Numbered from the stretch's first letter, positions 1-9,545 are shown. The stretch is DNA of 64,000 nucleotides from an uncultured Erysipelotrichaceae bacterium (GCA_902772915.1 CACYCE010000022.1:21760-85759); one strand, 5' to 3'. The notes: generated by a model not told the origin, from the letters alone. A program made the numbers and translations.

Positions 1-1163
1 TTTCTATCGTTGTTAAATTTAGTTATTAAAATAAGGACGAAACCAATTAGAGAAGTAGAGGCTAATATCGCAAAGATTGGAGTGAAACTATTTCCTGCTA
101 TAGAGATGATACTCGGACCAGCTAAGTTGAATACTGAAGCGATTAATTCGTCTATTACTACCATTAAGAAATAGCCTTGGTATTGTAATCTCTTGCCTGT
201 TAATTGACCAATTAAAATGATGTTGGCGGAAGTAAACATACCGAAAGAAAAGCCTCTTAATATCTCTAAATATAAATAAACGTGATAATCCAAATTAGGA
301 ATGGAAAAGACTATATATCTAATCACTAGAGTTAAAGAGGCTATCATAGTCATTTTCTTATAATTGTTGATTGTAGCGAACCTAGCGCACACTACCATTA
401 CTATAGCTTCTAAAACAATCGCACTATCAAAAGATATTGAATATTCTAGCGAAGTAGCTTTAACGGTTAATTGTGCAAAGAAATTATCTCCTGACCAAAT
501 AGAGCCTAAAATTAAAGCTGCTCCAATCATATATATAATAAATTTCTTATTTTTAAACAGAGCTTTAGTAGTCTCGGAAGCTTTGTTATTTTGATTCATC
601 AATTCCACGTCTTTTTGAGGGAATCTGATGAACAAGAAGAAAATGGTAGAAGATAGCATCAGCCCTCCTCCGATTAAGAAGGTGTATTTATAATTGATTG
701 CGGATATCAATAAGCCTCCAACTATAATACCGATGATATACCCAACAGTTCCAAAAACTCTTCCTAAAGAATAAGGCTTATTATTGTCAGAAGTTATTTT
801 AACTATGTAAGTATCCATGATGTTGTAGAAAGCGTTAGAGCAGAAATTACAAACGATATCCAACATCAAAACATAGTAAAAATTATCGTAGAAGCCGAAG
901 AACATAATTAAACTAGGTTCGATTATAGAATAGGTTAAATAGAGATATTTTCTCCTTTTGTAATTGGTACCTAATTTATAAATAAAGAAGTTACCGATAA
1001 TCGCCATAAAAGGAATTACAGCTGTTAAGATACCTAACCTTATATCAGTTAAATTCAACCCTTTGATGTATCTAGTTAAAAAACCATAGAAAAATGAATC
1101 TCCTAAGTATCTTAGCAAAGCGACGATAATCAATAATATGTAATTCTTTTTATTGTTATTCAT
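1..1163 (-). CDS. MFS-type transporter, partial (3' end runs off the window; ATG at about 1163)
   Basis: The reverse-strand ORF starts MNNNKKNYILLIIVALLRYLGDSFFYGFL and is hydrophobic and multi-TM throughout. It is absent from the ORF track, presumably because it is truncated at the window edge. Confidence 0.45.
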   Translation of the reverse strand, partial: MNNNKKNYILLIIVALLRYLGDSFFYGFLTRYIKGLNLTDIRLGILTAVIPFMAIIGNFFIYKLGTNYKRRKYLYLTYSIIEPSLIMFFGFYDNFYYVLMLDIVCNFCSNAFYNIMDTYIVKITSDNNKPYSLGRVFGTVGYIIGIIVGGLLISAINYKYTFLIGGGLMLSSTIFFLFIRFPQKDVELMNQNNKASETTKALFKNKKFIIYMIGAALILGSIWSGDNFFAQLTVKATSLEYSISFDSAIVLEAIVMVVCARFATINNYKKMTMIASLTLVIRYIVFSIPNLDYHVYLYLEILRGFSFGMFTSANIILIGQLTGKRLQYQGYFLMVVIDELIASVFNLAGPSIISIAGNSFTPIFAILASTSLIGFVLILITKFNNDR

Positions 1164-1212
1164 AACATAAAAATTATATTACTTTGTCTTGGCCTTGATG
1201 ATAGAAAATACT

Positions 1213-1245
1213 TTAAAAAAATAAAAACCTCTCCCTGAGGAGAGG
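1213..1245 (-). terminator. Rho-independent terminator downstream of the Fe-ADH gene
   Basis: Hairpin CCTCTCC-ctga-GGAGAGG at about 1228-1245, with a T-run on the minus strand. Confidence 0.5.
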
Positions 1246-1436
1246 CTATGCCAAATATCATTATAGAAGACATCTAAAGAGAGGGTGGTATTTAGTCATC
1301 TAAAAGATATTTAACAATTTCTTTATTTGCGAGAAAAGGTGTTTTTAATGTCCTTTTTTTTACTCGCTTATAAATAATACCACATAGCTTTAAAATTGAA
1401 TTATTTTTTGCTTTAGATATAACTAATTTTTTAAAG

Positions 1437-2573
1437 TTATTTATATTTCTCAAAGTCTCTAAAACAAGAAATAAGGGAAGATAATAAATACCTGTCGGAG
1501 CTAGCTTTTTCATAGATGATATCTTGAACTTGAAGCTTATCTTCTAAATTGAAATCTTCCACATACATTTTAATATTGTATTTTTGACAATAATCTATAA
1601 AAGCCTTTTCCCCTAAAGAGATTATTTCTTTAACTTCTAAAGAGGGGTCAATATTAAATATATCGACGTAGAAAGAAGCGATATCATGAGAATAATGCCT
1701 GCTCATCAATGTTAAAAAGCGCGGAAAATACATAGTTAAAGCTTCTCTATATTGAAGACCTATCTCTTCAAATACTCCCTCTAAGGAATATATTTCATAT
1801 CCATAAGGATCACGTAATCCACATCCTAGAATACCTATAGTTGATAAAGAAGATACCCACATCAAAGCAGCTCTAGCTTCGTAATCTTGAGGATGGTTAT
1901 AAGCAATTTCTAAATTAGTTAACGCAGATTTTAAAACTACTTTAACCATCTCTTTAGATATAGAAGGGTTTCCAAAATATTGAGCGGCAGTTTGAATAAA
2001 TCCCACTATACCTGAATAAGCTGTTAATTCTTTATTTAATGAATAAGAAAATTCAGGGTTAATCAATGCGTAAGTAGGATAAATTCCATAAAGAGAACCA
2101 TGTTTAGAATTGACAAAATCATCGCACTCCGCAGCGTAATCTACTTCACTTCCTCCTGAAGGATAAGTAGGGATCTCAATTATAGGAAGCGTCTGTTTTC
2201 CTGTAGGATCTTTCTCCTGAAGTAAATAAGACCACAAACCTCTATTCTTCACTCCAAAAGCGATAATTTTAGCCATGTCCATGCAGGTGCATCCTCCTGC
2301 TCCTATAACCACATCAACTTCTTCTTTCTTGCAGATATCAATCCCCTTTTCAATTTCTTGATAGGAAGGAAGCTTATGTCCTCCAAAATCAATTATCTTG
2401 TTATTGTTATTCTTTAAAGATTCTACGATTAAGGAATAAGTTCCGTTATTTTTTAACGAACTTCCTCCGTAAACTAGAAGAACCTTTTTAGAAGAACATA
2501 TTTCACCTAGATGGTCTAAAGCATCTTTACCAAAAAAGACTTTAGTGGGTATATTCAATTGAAAATCGTCCAT
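1437..2573 (-). CDS. Iron-containing (group III) alcohol dehydrogenase
   Basis: 378 aa. Fe-ADH glycine-rich motifs LLVYGGSSLKN and VVIGAGGCTCMDMAK. Confidence 0.8.
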   Translation of the reverse strand: MDDFQLNIPTKVFFGKDALDHLGEICSSKKVLLVYGGSSLKNNGTYSLIVESLKNNNNKIIDFGGHKLPSYQEIEKGIDICKKEEVDVVIGAGGCTCMDMAKIIAFGVKNRGLWSYLLQEKDPTGKQTLPIIEIPTYPSGGSEVDYAAECDDFVNSKHGSLYGIYPTYALINPEFSYSLNKELTAYSGIVGFIQTAAQYFGNPSISKEMVKVVLKSALTNLEIAYNHPQDYEARAALMWVSSLSTIGILGCGLRDPYGYEIYSLEGVFEEIGLQYREALTMYFPRFLTLMSRHYSHDIASFYVDIFNIDPSLEVKEIISLGEKAFIDYCQKYNIKMYVEDFNLEDKLQVQDIIYEKASSDRYLLSSLISCFRDFEKYK

Positions 2574-2627
2574 ATTACCTCCTTATAAAAATGAAGTGGA
2601 AAGTTCCACTTCATATTTTAAATGATT

Positions 2628-2885
2628 TCACTTCTTTAAGAATGAAAAAAATCCTTTTTTAACATACTCTTCTCGCCTGATATTTAAAACGTGGTACCCT
2701 TGTTTTTCTATATTTGCTTTAACTTGGTTAACATCGAAATTATCACCGCAGACAAAAGAAGCGATATTAGTATGGTAAGACGATTTAATTTTAGAAGTTC
2801 CTTTAACTTCTCTAATTTGGTCGTTGATATGAGATTCACACATGGGGCATTTCATACCTTCTAATTGTAAAGTATATTGTTTCAT
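2628..2885 (-). CDS. Heavy-metal-associated (HMA) domain metallochaperone, CopZ-like
   Basis: 85 aa with an N-terminal GMKCPMC (GMxCxxC) metal-binding motif. A hairpin terminator follows at 2586-2612. Confidence 0.7.
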   Translation of the reverse strand: MKQYTLQLEGMKCPMCESHINDQIREVKGTSKIKSSYHTNIASFVCGDNFDVNQVKANIEKQGYHVLNIRREEYVKKGFFSFLKK

Positions 2886-2938
2886 AATATCTCCTTTAAA
2901 AAATAACTCCCTATAGAATCTATAGAGAGTTATTATTG

Positions 2939-3142
2939 TTAAACTTTGCTTTTTTCCTTTTCTTCTTTTCTTTTCTGTTTATAGTAAGCTTTTTTTAATT
3001 GCTTAGGAGAATGAATAGTAACGCATTCTTCATCTAGAAACATGGAAGGACGGTGATGAACTCTCAAATATATTTCTCGAGCTATGATTCCTCCTACAAA
3101 TAGAGCAATAGCGATAATAACACCGATTGCTGCAGGATGCAT
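2939..3142 (-). CDS. Small single-TM membrane protein immediately downstream of feoB (FeoB-associated small protein?)
   Basis: 67 aa with an N-terminal TM helix and a basic tail. Its position matches the FeoB-associated small membrane proteins, but the Cys-rich motif is absent. Confidence 0.35.
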   Translation of the reverse strand: MHPAAIGVIIAIALFVGGIIAREIYLRVHHRPSMFLDEECVTIHSPKQLKKAYYKQKRKEEKEKSKV

Positions 3143-3185
3143 ATATAATTCTCCTTTCTATAAATAGTATTAGTTAATTAGATTT

Positions 3186-5483
3186 TTATTCAGCAGCTTG
3201 CTCTTGAAGAGTCTTTTTCTTGTTGTAGAAGTACGCTCCTACATAGACTCCTATGATAGCAGGAATGAAGATGGCTAAAGTCCAGACGTAATCGACGATT
3301 AAGAAAGTTAATATACCTAAGACGTAAGAAGTACATAACCAGAATAAGATGGTCCACTTAAATTTGCCTTTAGGTAATTCACCTTTAGCAGTACCAACAG
3401 AAGCAAAGCAAGGAATAGTAGTCATGTTGAACATGATGAAGGCCATGAATCCGCCAGTGGTGATACCTGATTGAACAACAAAGGTGTCGAATGTTCCACC
3501 TGACATACCACCGATAACTTCCAAGGTTTCAGGAACGATTTCTTTAGCAACTAAACCGGTGACAGAAGCTAATGAATAAGCCCAAGCATAGTCAGCGCCT
3601 AATTGGATACCAAAGCCCATAGGAGCAAATAAAGGTGAGATGAAAGCGGAGATACCACCTAAGATAGTGGTAGGATAGCCGACGACTTCAGGATCGACGA
3701 ATTGCCAACTCCAAGAGAAGTGAGTACCAAACCAGATGACGATAGCAGCTAAGATAATGATAGTAGCCGCTTTCTTGATGTAATGCTTAGATTTATCCCA
3801 TACGTGAATCATCAAGGATTTAAATCTAGGAGCGTGGTAGGAAGGTAACTCCATAACAAAGGGAGGAACCTTTTCTCTTTGAGTAGTCCAGTGCATTAAG
3901 ACGACTGCAGCAACCGCTAAAACGATTGAGAAGATATAGAAGAAGTATGAGATAGCCACAGCGTTGATCTTAAAATGGGAAGCCATGACACCAGCGACTG
4001 CGGATAACATAGTGGCTTTAGCACCACAAGTAAAGAAGGAAATAACACGGATGGTCTTAATTCTTTCTTTATCAGTATTTAAGGTACGAGTGTTAATCAT
4101 AGCCGGGACACCGCACCCATAACCCATTAACATAGGGATGAAAGCACGTCCGGATAAACCGACACCTCTGAAGATTCTATCAAAGATAAAGGCGACTCTA
4201 GCCATGTATCCGGAATCTTCAAGGATGGAGAAGAATAAGAATAAGACGACAATTTGAGGTAAGAAACCAATGACGGCGAAGAAACCATCAGCGAAGATGG
4301 CGTTGACTAAGCCCACTAACCATTCAGGTGAGTGCCAGACTTCCGCAAACAATTGCTCTATACTTCTGGCAATACCACCCCAACCTGTATAACCAGCAGG
4401 TAAATCGCCTACACCGTTAAATGAGTTGACGAAGTTAGCTAAGATGACACCAGGTGAGTTTATACCACCAGCGATATATTTACCTGTGTCAGGATCAATT
4501 TCAGTCGCGGTCCAAATCATACCTTCGAACAAAGTACCTTCAAATGAGGAATGTTCGAAGAAGACTCCACCTCTTCTTAAGAAGAATAAGTCTTCTGAGA
4601 AAGTTAAGGCGAAGACAATTAAAATTACGGCTAAGAAGATAGGTAAACCAGCCCATCTATTAGTTAGAACTTTATCTATCTTATCAGAAATTGATAATTT
4701 TTCCTTAGCTTCCATAGGAACGCCAGATCTAACAGGAGAATAATGAGCGGTAATATATTGGTATCTAAGGTCTGCTGATTTGACTTCAAATTCATCATCT
4801 TCAGTTAACCCTGATTCTTTTCTTGCATCTAAGTAGACATCTCCATTAGTTTTTTCTTCTAATTCATCCCCTTCTAGAGCTTTGATAGCGTGGAATAAGG
4901 AATTCTTCACTCCGGCTTTTTCATAGACTTCCTGAGCCTTTTGAATAGCTTTACCTTCATCTCCAAAAATGACCGAACAACCTTTTCTAGGAGTTTCACA
5001 AACTTCTAGAGCTTTCTTCATCAAATCTTCAATACCGCGATTCCTCAAGGCGGAGATAGGTACGACAGGGACTCCTAATTCCTTAGATAATTTTTCAACA
5101 TCGATTTCTACACCTTGCTTAGATACGGCGTCCATCATATTCAAGGCGATAACAACAGGAACATCCATTTCTAAGACTTGGGTAGTCATATAGAGATTTC
5201 TCTCTAAGTTTGTTGCGTCGATGACATTGATGACTAAGTCGGGATTTTCATCGAGAATGAAGTTTCTAGAAATAACTTCTTCAGGAGTGTAAGGTGATAA
5301 AGAATAAATACCAGGTAAATCGATAATTTCGGCTTCACCAATATTCTTTTTCTTATAAGTACCTTTTCTTTGTTCTACAGTAACACCAGGCCAGTTACCA
5401 ACATAGGCGGTCGCACCAGTCAAAGCGTTGAATAAGGTGGTCTTACCGCAGTTAGGGTTACCAATTAATGCAAAACGTTTCAT
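3186..5483 (-). CDS. feoB: Ferrous iron transporter FeoB
   Basis: 765 aa. N-terminal G-domain LIGNPNCGKTTLFNALTG followed by a large polytopic membrane domain. Confidence 0.95.
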   Translation of the reverse strand: MKRFALIGNPNCGKTTLFNALTGATAYVGNWPGVTVEQRKGTYKKKNIGEAEIIDLPGIYSLSPYTPEEVISRNFILDENPDLVINVIDATNLERNLYMTTQVLEMDVPVVIALNMMDAVSKQGVEIDVEKLSKELGVPVVPISALRNRGIEDLMKKALEVCETPRKGCSVIFGDEGKAIQKAQEVYEKAGVKNSLFHAIKALEGDELEEKTNGDVYLDARKESGLTEDDEFEVKSADLRYQYITAHYSPVRSGVPMEAKEKLSISDKIDKVLTNRWAGLPIFLAVILIVFALTFSEDLFFLRRGGVFFEHSSFEGTLFEGMIWTATEIDPDTGKYIAGGINSPGVILANFVNSFNGVGDLPAGYTGWGGIARSIEQLFAEVWHSPEWLVGLVNAIFADGFFAVIGFLPQIVVLFLFFSILEDSGYMARVAFIFDRIFRGVGLSGRAFIPMLMGYGCGVPAMINTRTLNTDKERIKTIRVISFFTCGAKATMLSAVAGVMASHFKINAVAISYFFYIFSIVLAVAAVVLMHWTTQREKVPPFVMELPSYHAPRFKSLMIHVWDKSKHYIKKAATIIILAAIVIWFGTHFSWSWQFVDPEVVGYPTTILGGISAFISPLFAPMGFGIQLGADYAWAYSLASVTGLVAKEIVPETLEVIGGMSGGTFDTFVVQSGITTGGFMAFIMFNMTTIPCFASVGTAKGELPKGKFKWTILFWLCTSYVLGILTFLIVDYVWTLAIFIPAIIGVYVGAYFYNKKKTLQEQAAE

Positions 5484-5500
5484 ATGCTAATCCTAACACC

Positions 5501-5752
5501 TTACTTCTTTTCGACTGAAACCGATTCGGCTTCAGATTTTCTCAATGAAAGTTCGTATCCTCTAATAGTGATTTCAATCGGATCACCTAAAGGTGCGACT
5601 TTTCTAATGTAGACTTCCGTTCCAGGAGTGATTCCCATATCGAGAAGACGTCTACGAATTCTCTTTTCCCCTTCCACAGCTTTAACAATAGCTGAGTCAG
5701 TGGGACGAAGCTCACTTAGCTTCAATGATTCAGATTCCATCTTTTGAAACAA
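5501..5752 (-). CDS. feoA: FeoA family protein
   Basis: 83 aa with a FeoA-like SH3 fold signature (LDMGITPGTEVYI). Confidence 0.8.
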   Translation of the reverse strand: MFQKMESESLKLSELRPTDSAIVKAVEGEKRIRRRLLDMGITPGTEVYIRKVAPLGDPIEITIRGYELSLRKSEAESVSVEKK

Positions 5753-5760
5753 TCCCCTTT

Positions 5761-5976
5761 CTAGATGGCTACTTGAATGGCGCTAGCTACATGTCTATCT
5801 AAAGCGAGGCGCATATCTCCTACTTTGACAATCACTGCTGAGCCGTTTTGCTCAAGAACGATAATTTCTCTTCCTTCAATAATTCCTAAAGAACGCAAGT
5901 GCGAAAGCACTTTGTCCTTTCCCAGAACTTTTTGAACGATCAATACAGTTGATTTCGGTGCAATGATTAGCGGCAT
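5761..5976 (-). CDS. feoA: FeoA family protein (second copy)
   Basis: 71 aa with the FeoA-like LRSLGIIEGREIIV motif. It is the first gene of the feo operon. Confidence 0.75.
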   Translation of the reverse strand: MPLIIAPKSTVLIVQKVLGKDKVLSHLRSLGIIEGREIIVLEQNGSAVIVKVGDMRLALDRHVASAIQVAI

Positions 5977-6030
5977 ATAGATAGTCCCCCCAATAGACTA
6001 ATAGTCTGTACAACCTCCAATCGAAATGTA

Positions 6031-6049
6031 AGGTTAGTACATACTAACT
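6031..6049. promoter_or_regulatory. Candidate DtxR/MntR-family operator (7-2-7 inverted repeat) in the feoA / dtxR divergent promoter region
   Basis: AGGTTAGTA-CA-TACTAACT resembles the DtxR/IdeR box half-sites TTAGGTTAG / CTAACCTAA. It lies upstream of feoA and next to a divergent DtxR-family gene. Confidence 0.35.
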
Positions 6050-6207
6050 GTAGTTATATTAAACTAACTCAAATATAAAATCAATAAAAATCAAAAATTT
6101 ATCTTATAAAGATTTTAAAATAAAATCAAATTAAATAAGCATTTGATTAGTATAGACTAACTGAATATGCTATAAATATTGTAGAATATTCAAAGAGGTA
6201 CTTATTT

Positions 6208-6579
6208 ATGGCAAGTGATGCTTATGAATCAATGGAAGACTATCTAGAAAGAATATTGATGCTTCAGGAAAAGAACGGATTTGTCCGCTCTATAGATATC
6301 GCTGAAGATATGAGCTTTTCCAAGCCTTCCGTCTCAATCGCAATGAAGAAACTAAGAGAAAAAGGTGATATTGTCGTCGATAATAAAACCGGAGCAATCT
6401 CTCTTACTGAACAAGGACTAGCTATCGCTAAGAAAGTATATGAGAGACACAAAATCTTAACTGCCCTATTTGTCTCTTTAGGAGTCGACGAAAAGGTCGC
6501 CCAAGAAGACGCTTGTAAAGTTGAACACGATATATCTGATGTCACTTTCAATGCTATCAAGGCGAAGTATTATATTTAA
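6208..6579 (+). CDS. DtxR/MntR-family metal-dependent transcriptional repressor
   Basis: 123 aa. The N-terminal wHTH (MEDYLERILMLQEKNGFVRSIDIAEDMSFSKPSVSIAMKKL) is typical of the DtxR family. It is divergent from the feo operon. Confidence 0.85.
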   Translation: MASDAYESMEDYLERILMLQEKNGFVRSIDIAEDMSFSKPSVSIAMKKLREKGDIVVDNKTGAISLTEQGLAIAKKVYERHKILTALFVSLGVDEKVAQEDACKVEHDISDVTFNAIKAKYYI

Positions 6580-6647
6580 ATTCTTTCCTTCTAGAGGATG
6601 TGATTAATGCCACATCCTCTTTTATTTTATATATAAAAATAACAAAA

Positions 6648-6668
6648 CCCTCTAGATTCACTAGAGGG
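6648..6668 (+). terminator. Hairpin downstream of the DtxR-family gene
   Basis: CCCTCTAG-attca-CTAGAGGG. The poly-T lies on the minus-strand side, so its direction is ambiguous. Confidence 0.35.
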
Positions 6669-6884
6669 CGTAGAAATTTGCATAAGGAAGAATGCATTTA
6701 TCAGAATGTAAGTAGAAAAGATAGCTTTTACTTCTGATGACTAATAAATAAAACGTAAACTTTATATGAAAGGACAACTAAATATGATGAGGGATCGGGA
6801 ATTCTATTCCCGAGGATATCGGCTTATAATATTTGCATCCTTCCTCACCTATATTATGTGTCTGATCATGAATTTGTAAAATAA

Positions 6885-6915
6885 AAACGGGAAATTTTTC
6901 CCGTTAAACTTTTTT
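6885..6915. terminator. Bidirectional Rho-independent terminator
   Basis: AACGGGAAA-tt-TTTCCCGTT hairpin with T-runs on both strands. It sits just 3' of the minus-strand membrane-protein gene. Confidence 0.5.
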
Positions 6916-7379
6916 TAATTATACGCTACCGCTAAGAAAAGCAAGACAGCATCTACTAGATTAAAGATACCTAGACAAATTCCGGCGGCTCCTAAACTTG
7001 CAGCCATGTTGCCATATAAAGGAACGGTGCAGAACCATAAGATTGAAGAGGTGATCAATAATAAGATTCCGAAGTATCCAGCTGGAGTCCAGAAATGAAC
7101 TACAATAGATAAAACGATAGCGATAAGCATGAAGATGAAGGCTATTAATAAACCAATATTAGGTCCACTTCTGAAAACTGAACCTCCAAAGATTAAATTA
7201 GCCATGTTCATATCGCCATCAGAATAATAAGATGCGTAAGATGCGTTGGTGTAGTTGATGCCTTTTAACAACAAGAACAAAAGTTGTAATAAGCCAACTG
7301 CAGTAGCGATAATAGCGAAGACGTTTTTAGCAGTGAATTTTTTTGATTCTTCTTTTTTGTATGTATTAGTTAATTCCAT
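6915..7379 (-). CDS. Hypothetical polytopic membrane protein (paralog pair, copy 1)
   Basis: 154 aa, about 4 predicted TM helices. It resembles the adjacent ORF in size and architecture. Confidence 0.5.
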   Translation of the reverse strand: MELTNTYKKEESKKFTAKNVFAIIATAVGLLQLLFLLLKGINYTNASYASYYSDGDMNMANLIFGGSVFRSGPNIGLLIAFIFMLIAIVLSIVVHFWTPAGYFGILLLITSSILWFCTVPLYGNMAASLGAAGICLGIFNLVDAVLLFLAVAYN

Positions 7380-7442
7380 ATATAAACTCCTGAGAAAGTT
7401 TTACTTGTTTATTATCTAATTTATAAGTTTAATAATCAAGTT

Positions 7443-7913
7443 TTATTCACCTTTGACAGCGGAAACAAAGCATAAGACACCTAAGACGATGTTAGATATA
7501 CCTATAGCGTAGCTAGCCCATCCAAGAGAAGGACTTCCTACACCAATTAAATCAATACCCGCTTTACAAAAAGGAATAGCGCATAAATATAAAGCACCTG
7601 CAGCGATGAAGATCAACCCAGATAAGAATCCAACAAATCTAAATCCGCTGACAGCTAATTCAACTAAGGAAGCTCCCATAGTTAAGAAAAAAGCGACAAC
7701 TAAACCTGCTGATAAAGGGAATAAACCTCCGCCCCAAATCATCGCACCTAAAGAGTGAGAAGAAGCGGCTCTTCCACCTTCAGTATAATTGAACATCAAT
7801 CCGCTTCCCGCTAAAAAAAACAAGGTTAATAAACCTGCTCCAGCGATAAAAAACGACATTATAGAGCCAATTGACATTTGCTTTTTAACTTTGAAATTAT
7901 ATTGTTTAGCCAT
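7443..7913 (-). CDS. Hypothetical polytopic membrane protein (paralog pair, copy 2)
   Basis: 156 aa, about 4 TM helices, Gly/Ala-rich hydrophobic segments. Confidence 0.5.
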   Translation of the reverse strand: MAKQYNFKVKKQMSIGSIMSFFIAGAGLLTLFFLAGSGLMFNYTEGGRAASSHSLGAMIWGGGLFPLSAGLVVAFFLTMGASLVELAVSGFRFVGFLSGLIFIAAGALYLCAIPFCKAGIDLIGVGSPSLGWASYAIGISNIVLGVLCFVSAVKGE

Positions 7914-8050
7914 ATATATACATTCTCCCCGAAAAAAAGTGAACGTCTATAGTATATAAGAAATTAAAGAAAAATCTATAATTTTGTTTCATTTTTAGTC
8001 TTTACTAACTGAAGTTTTAATATTTATATTAAATGTATTGATGTAACTCT

Positions 8051-9262
8051 ATGAATTTACTTTTAAAAGTCTTCATTAAAGACTACAAAAACATTCACGA
8101 TCCGAAAGTCAGAACTCGATATGGAATCTTCGCTAACATCATCGGGATTTTTATCAATACTTTGCTAGTTGTTGGTAAATTGATTGTCGGTATCTTAATT
8201 AGATCCATGTCTATCATCTCTGATGCTATGAATAACTTAAGTGATTTTGTCACTTGTATTTTAAATATTGTCGGATTTAAAATTTCTTCCAAAAAAGGAG
8301 ATAAAGATCACCCTTTCGGTCACCAAAGAATGGAATATATTACATCTTTGCTAACCGGAGCGATTATCGTCGCTATTGGCGCTTCATTACTCACTGAATC
8401 TATAAGAGGAATAATCAATGAAAATTTAAAATTTACTTCCTTCCCTCTAATTCAAGTGATAATTCTTTCTGTAGCAATAGTCTTAAAATTAATACAAGGT
8501 TTGGTTTACAGGGATTTAGGTAAGAAAATTAATTCCATCGCTTTAAAATCTCAGTTCTACGATTCTTTCAATGATGTCATTTCCACTTCTGTAGTCTTAA
8601 TAGGTATCATAATTACTTATTACACTTCCTTTGGTAAACTAGATTCCATCCTCTCTTGCTCAGTATCTATCTACATCATTTACAACGGAATTATGGTTAT
8701 TATCGAAGCGGGTTCTTACTTACTTGGTAAAAAGCCATCTCAAGAATTGATTAACAAGTTGGTTCATCTAATAAAAAGGTATGATTTCGTGGTTTCTTAT
8801 CACGATTTAAATGTTCATTTATACGGCGAAAATAAGGTGTATGCCACTGTCGATATCGAGATGTATGGTAATAGAAGTATCTTTGAGCTTCACGATGATA
8901 TCGACAATATTGAAAAGGCCGCTAGAAATGAATTAGGTATAGACTTAAGAATTCATTTAGATCCTATCAAAGAGAAAGACGAACAATTTAATTATTATAA
9001 AGATTTGGTGGCTTCTTGTTTAAATAAAGTCAATCATAAACTTACCTTCCACGATTTGAGAATTATTAAAAACAAAGAAGAAATCAATATCACATTCCAT
9101 TTAATAATTCCTGAGGATGTAAAAGATGAAAATATCATTCTCTCTAATGTAGTAAGAGAAATTAGAAGTAAAGATAATAGAATTCATCCCGCTATATTAT
9201 TAGATGAAGAATATACAATATTAAAAGTTAAAGAAGAAAAGGAAAAGAATAATGGCAAATAA
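8051..9262 (+). CDS. Cation diffusion facilitator (CDF) family divalent-metal efflux transporter
   Basis: 403 aa. CDF signature around SDAMNNLSD and HPFGHQRMEYITSL, 6 TM helices plus a C-terminal cytoplasmic domain. Confidence 0.85.
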   Translation: MNLLLKVFIKDYKNIHDPKVRTRYGIFANIIGIFINTLLVVGKLIVGILIRSMSIISDAMNNLSDFVTCILNIVGFKISSKKGDKDHPFGHQRMEYITSLLTGAIIVAIGASLLTESIRGIINENLKFTSFPLIQVIILSVAIVLKLIQGLVYRDLGKKINSIALKSQFYDSFNDVISTSVVLIGIIITYYTSFGKLDSILSCSVSIYIIYNGIMVIIEAGSYLLGKKPSQELINKLVHLIKRYDFVVSYHDLNVHLYGENKVYATVDIEMYGNRSIFELHDDIDNIEKAARNELGIDLRIHLDPIKEKDEQFNYYKDLVASCLNKVNHKLTFHDLRIIKNKEEINITFHLIIPEDVKDENIILSNVVREIRSKDNRIHPAILLDEEYTILKVKEEKEKNNGK

Positions 9263-9545
9263 CAATATTGATTTTGTAGCGTTTTTAAAATTGGTAAGAG
9301 CTAATAAAGATAAAACATTTGAAATCGAAACTGATGAAGGGGATATTTTAGATGTTAAATATGACTCTGACTTCTCAGATGATGAAAATTCTTTAGATTC
9401 ATCGTTTTTAGAAAAAGATCAAACTTTCCAAACTATAGCTTTTACAATCTTTAAAGTTAAAAAAGATGTAACTTCTAAATACGAGAAAGGTTATTTTATT
9501 TTAATAAATCCTTTCAACATGATTAAAAATTATAAAGTTAATTAA
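9252..9545 (+). CDS. Hypothetical acidic protein, overlaps the CDF gene end by 11 nt
   Basis: 97 aa with no recognisable motif. Overlapping start and stop suggests translational coupling. Confidence 0.35.
   Translation: MANNNIDFVAFLKLVRANKDKTFEIETDEGDILDVKYDSDFSDDENSLDSSFLEKDQTFQTIAFTIFKVKKDVTSKYEKGYFILINPFNMIKNYKVN

Noticed and set aside
364-594. 76-aa plus-strand ORF
   Set aside because: It lies entirely within the minus-strand MFS transporter gene and has no RBS. It is a shadow ORF.
1292-1513. 73-aa minus-strand ORF overlapping the Fe-ADH 3' end and its terminator
   Set aside because: It overlaps a conserved gene end out of frame and spans the terminator hairpin. It is basic and low-complexity.
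4426-5193. Three plus-strand ORFs (105, 62 and 74 aa) inside feoB
   Set aside because: They are antisense to a highly conserved FeoB coding region and have biased low-complexity composition (for example the R/L/K-rich 62-aa ORF). These are typical shadow ORFs.
6264-6560. 98-aa ORF antisense to the DtxR-family gene
   Set aside because: Antisense shadow of a well-supported conserved CDS.
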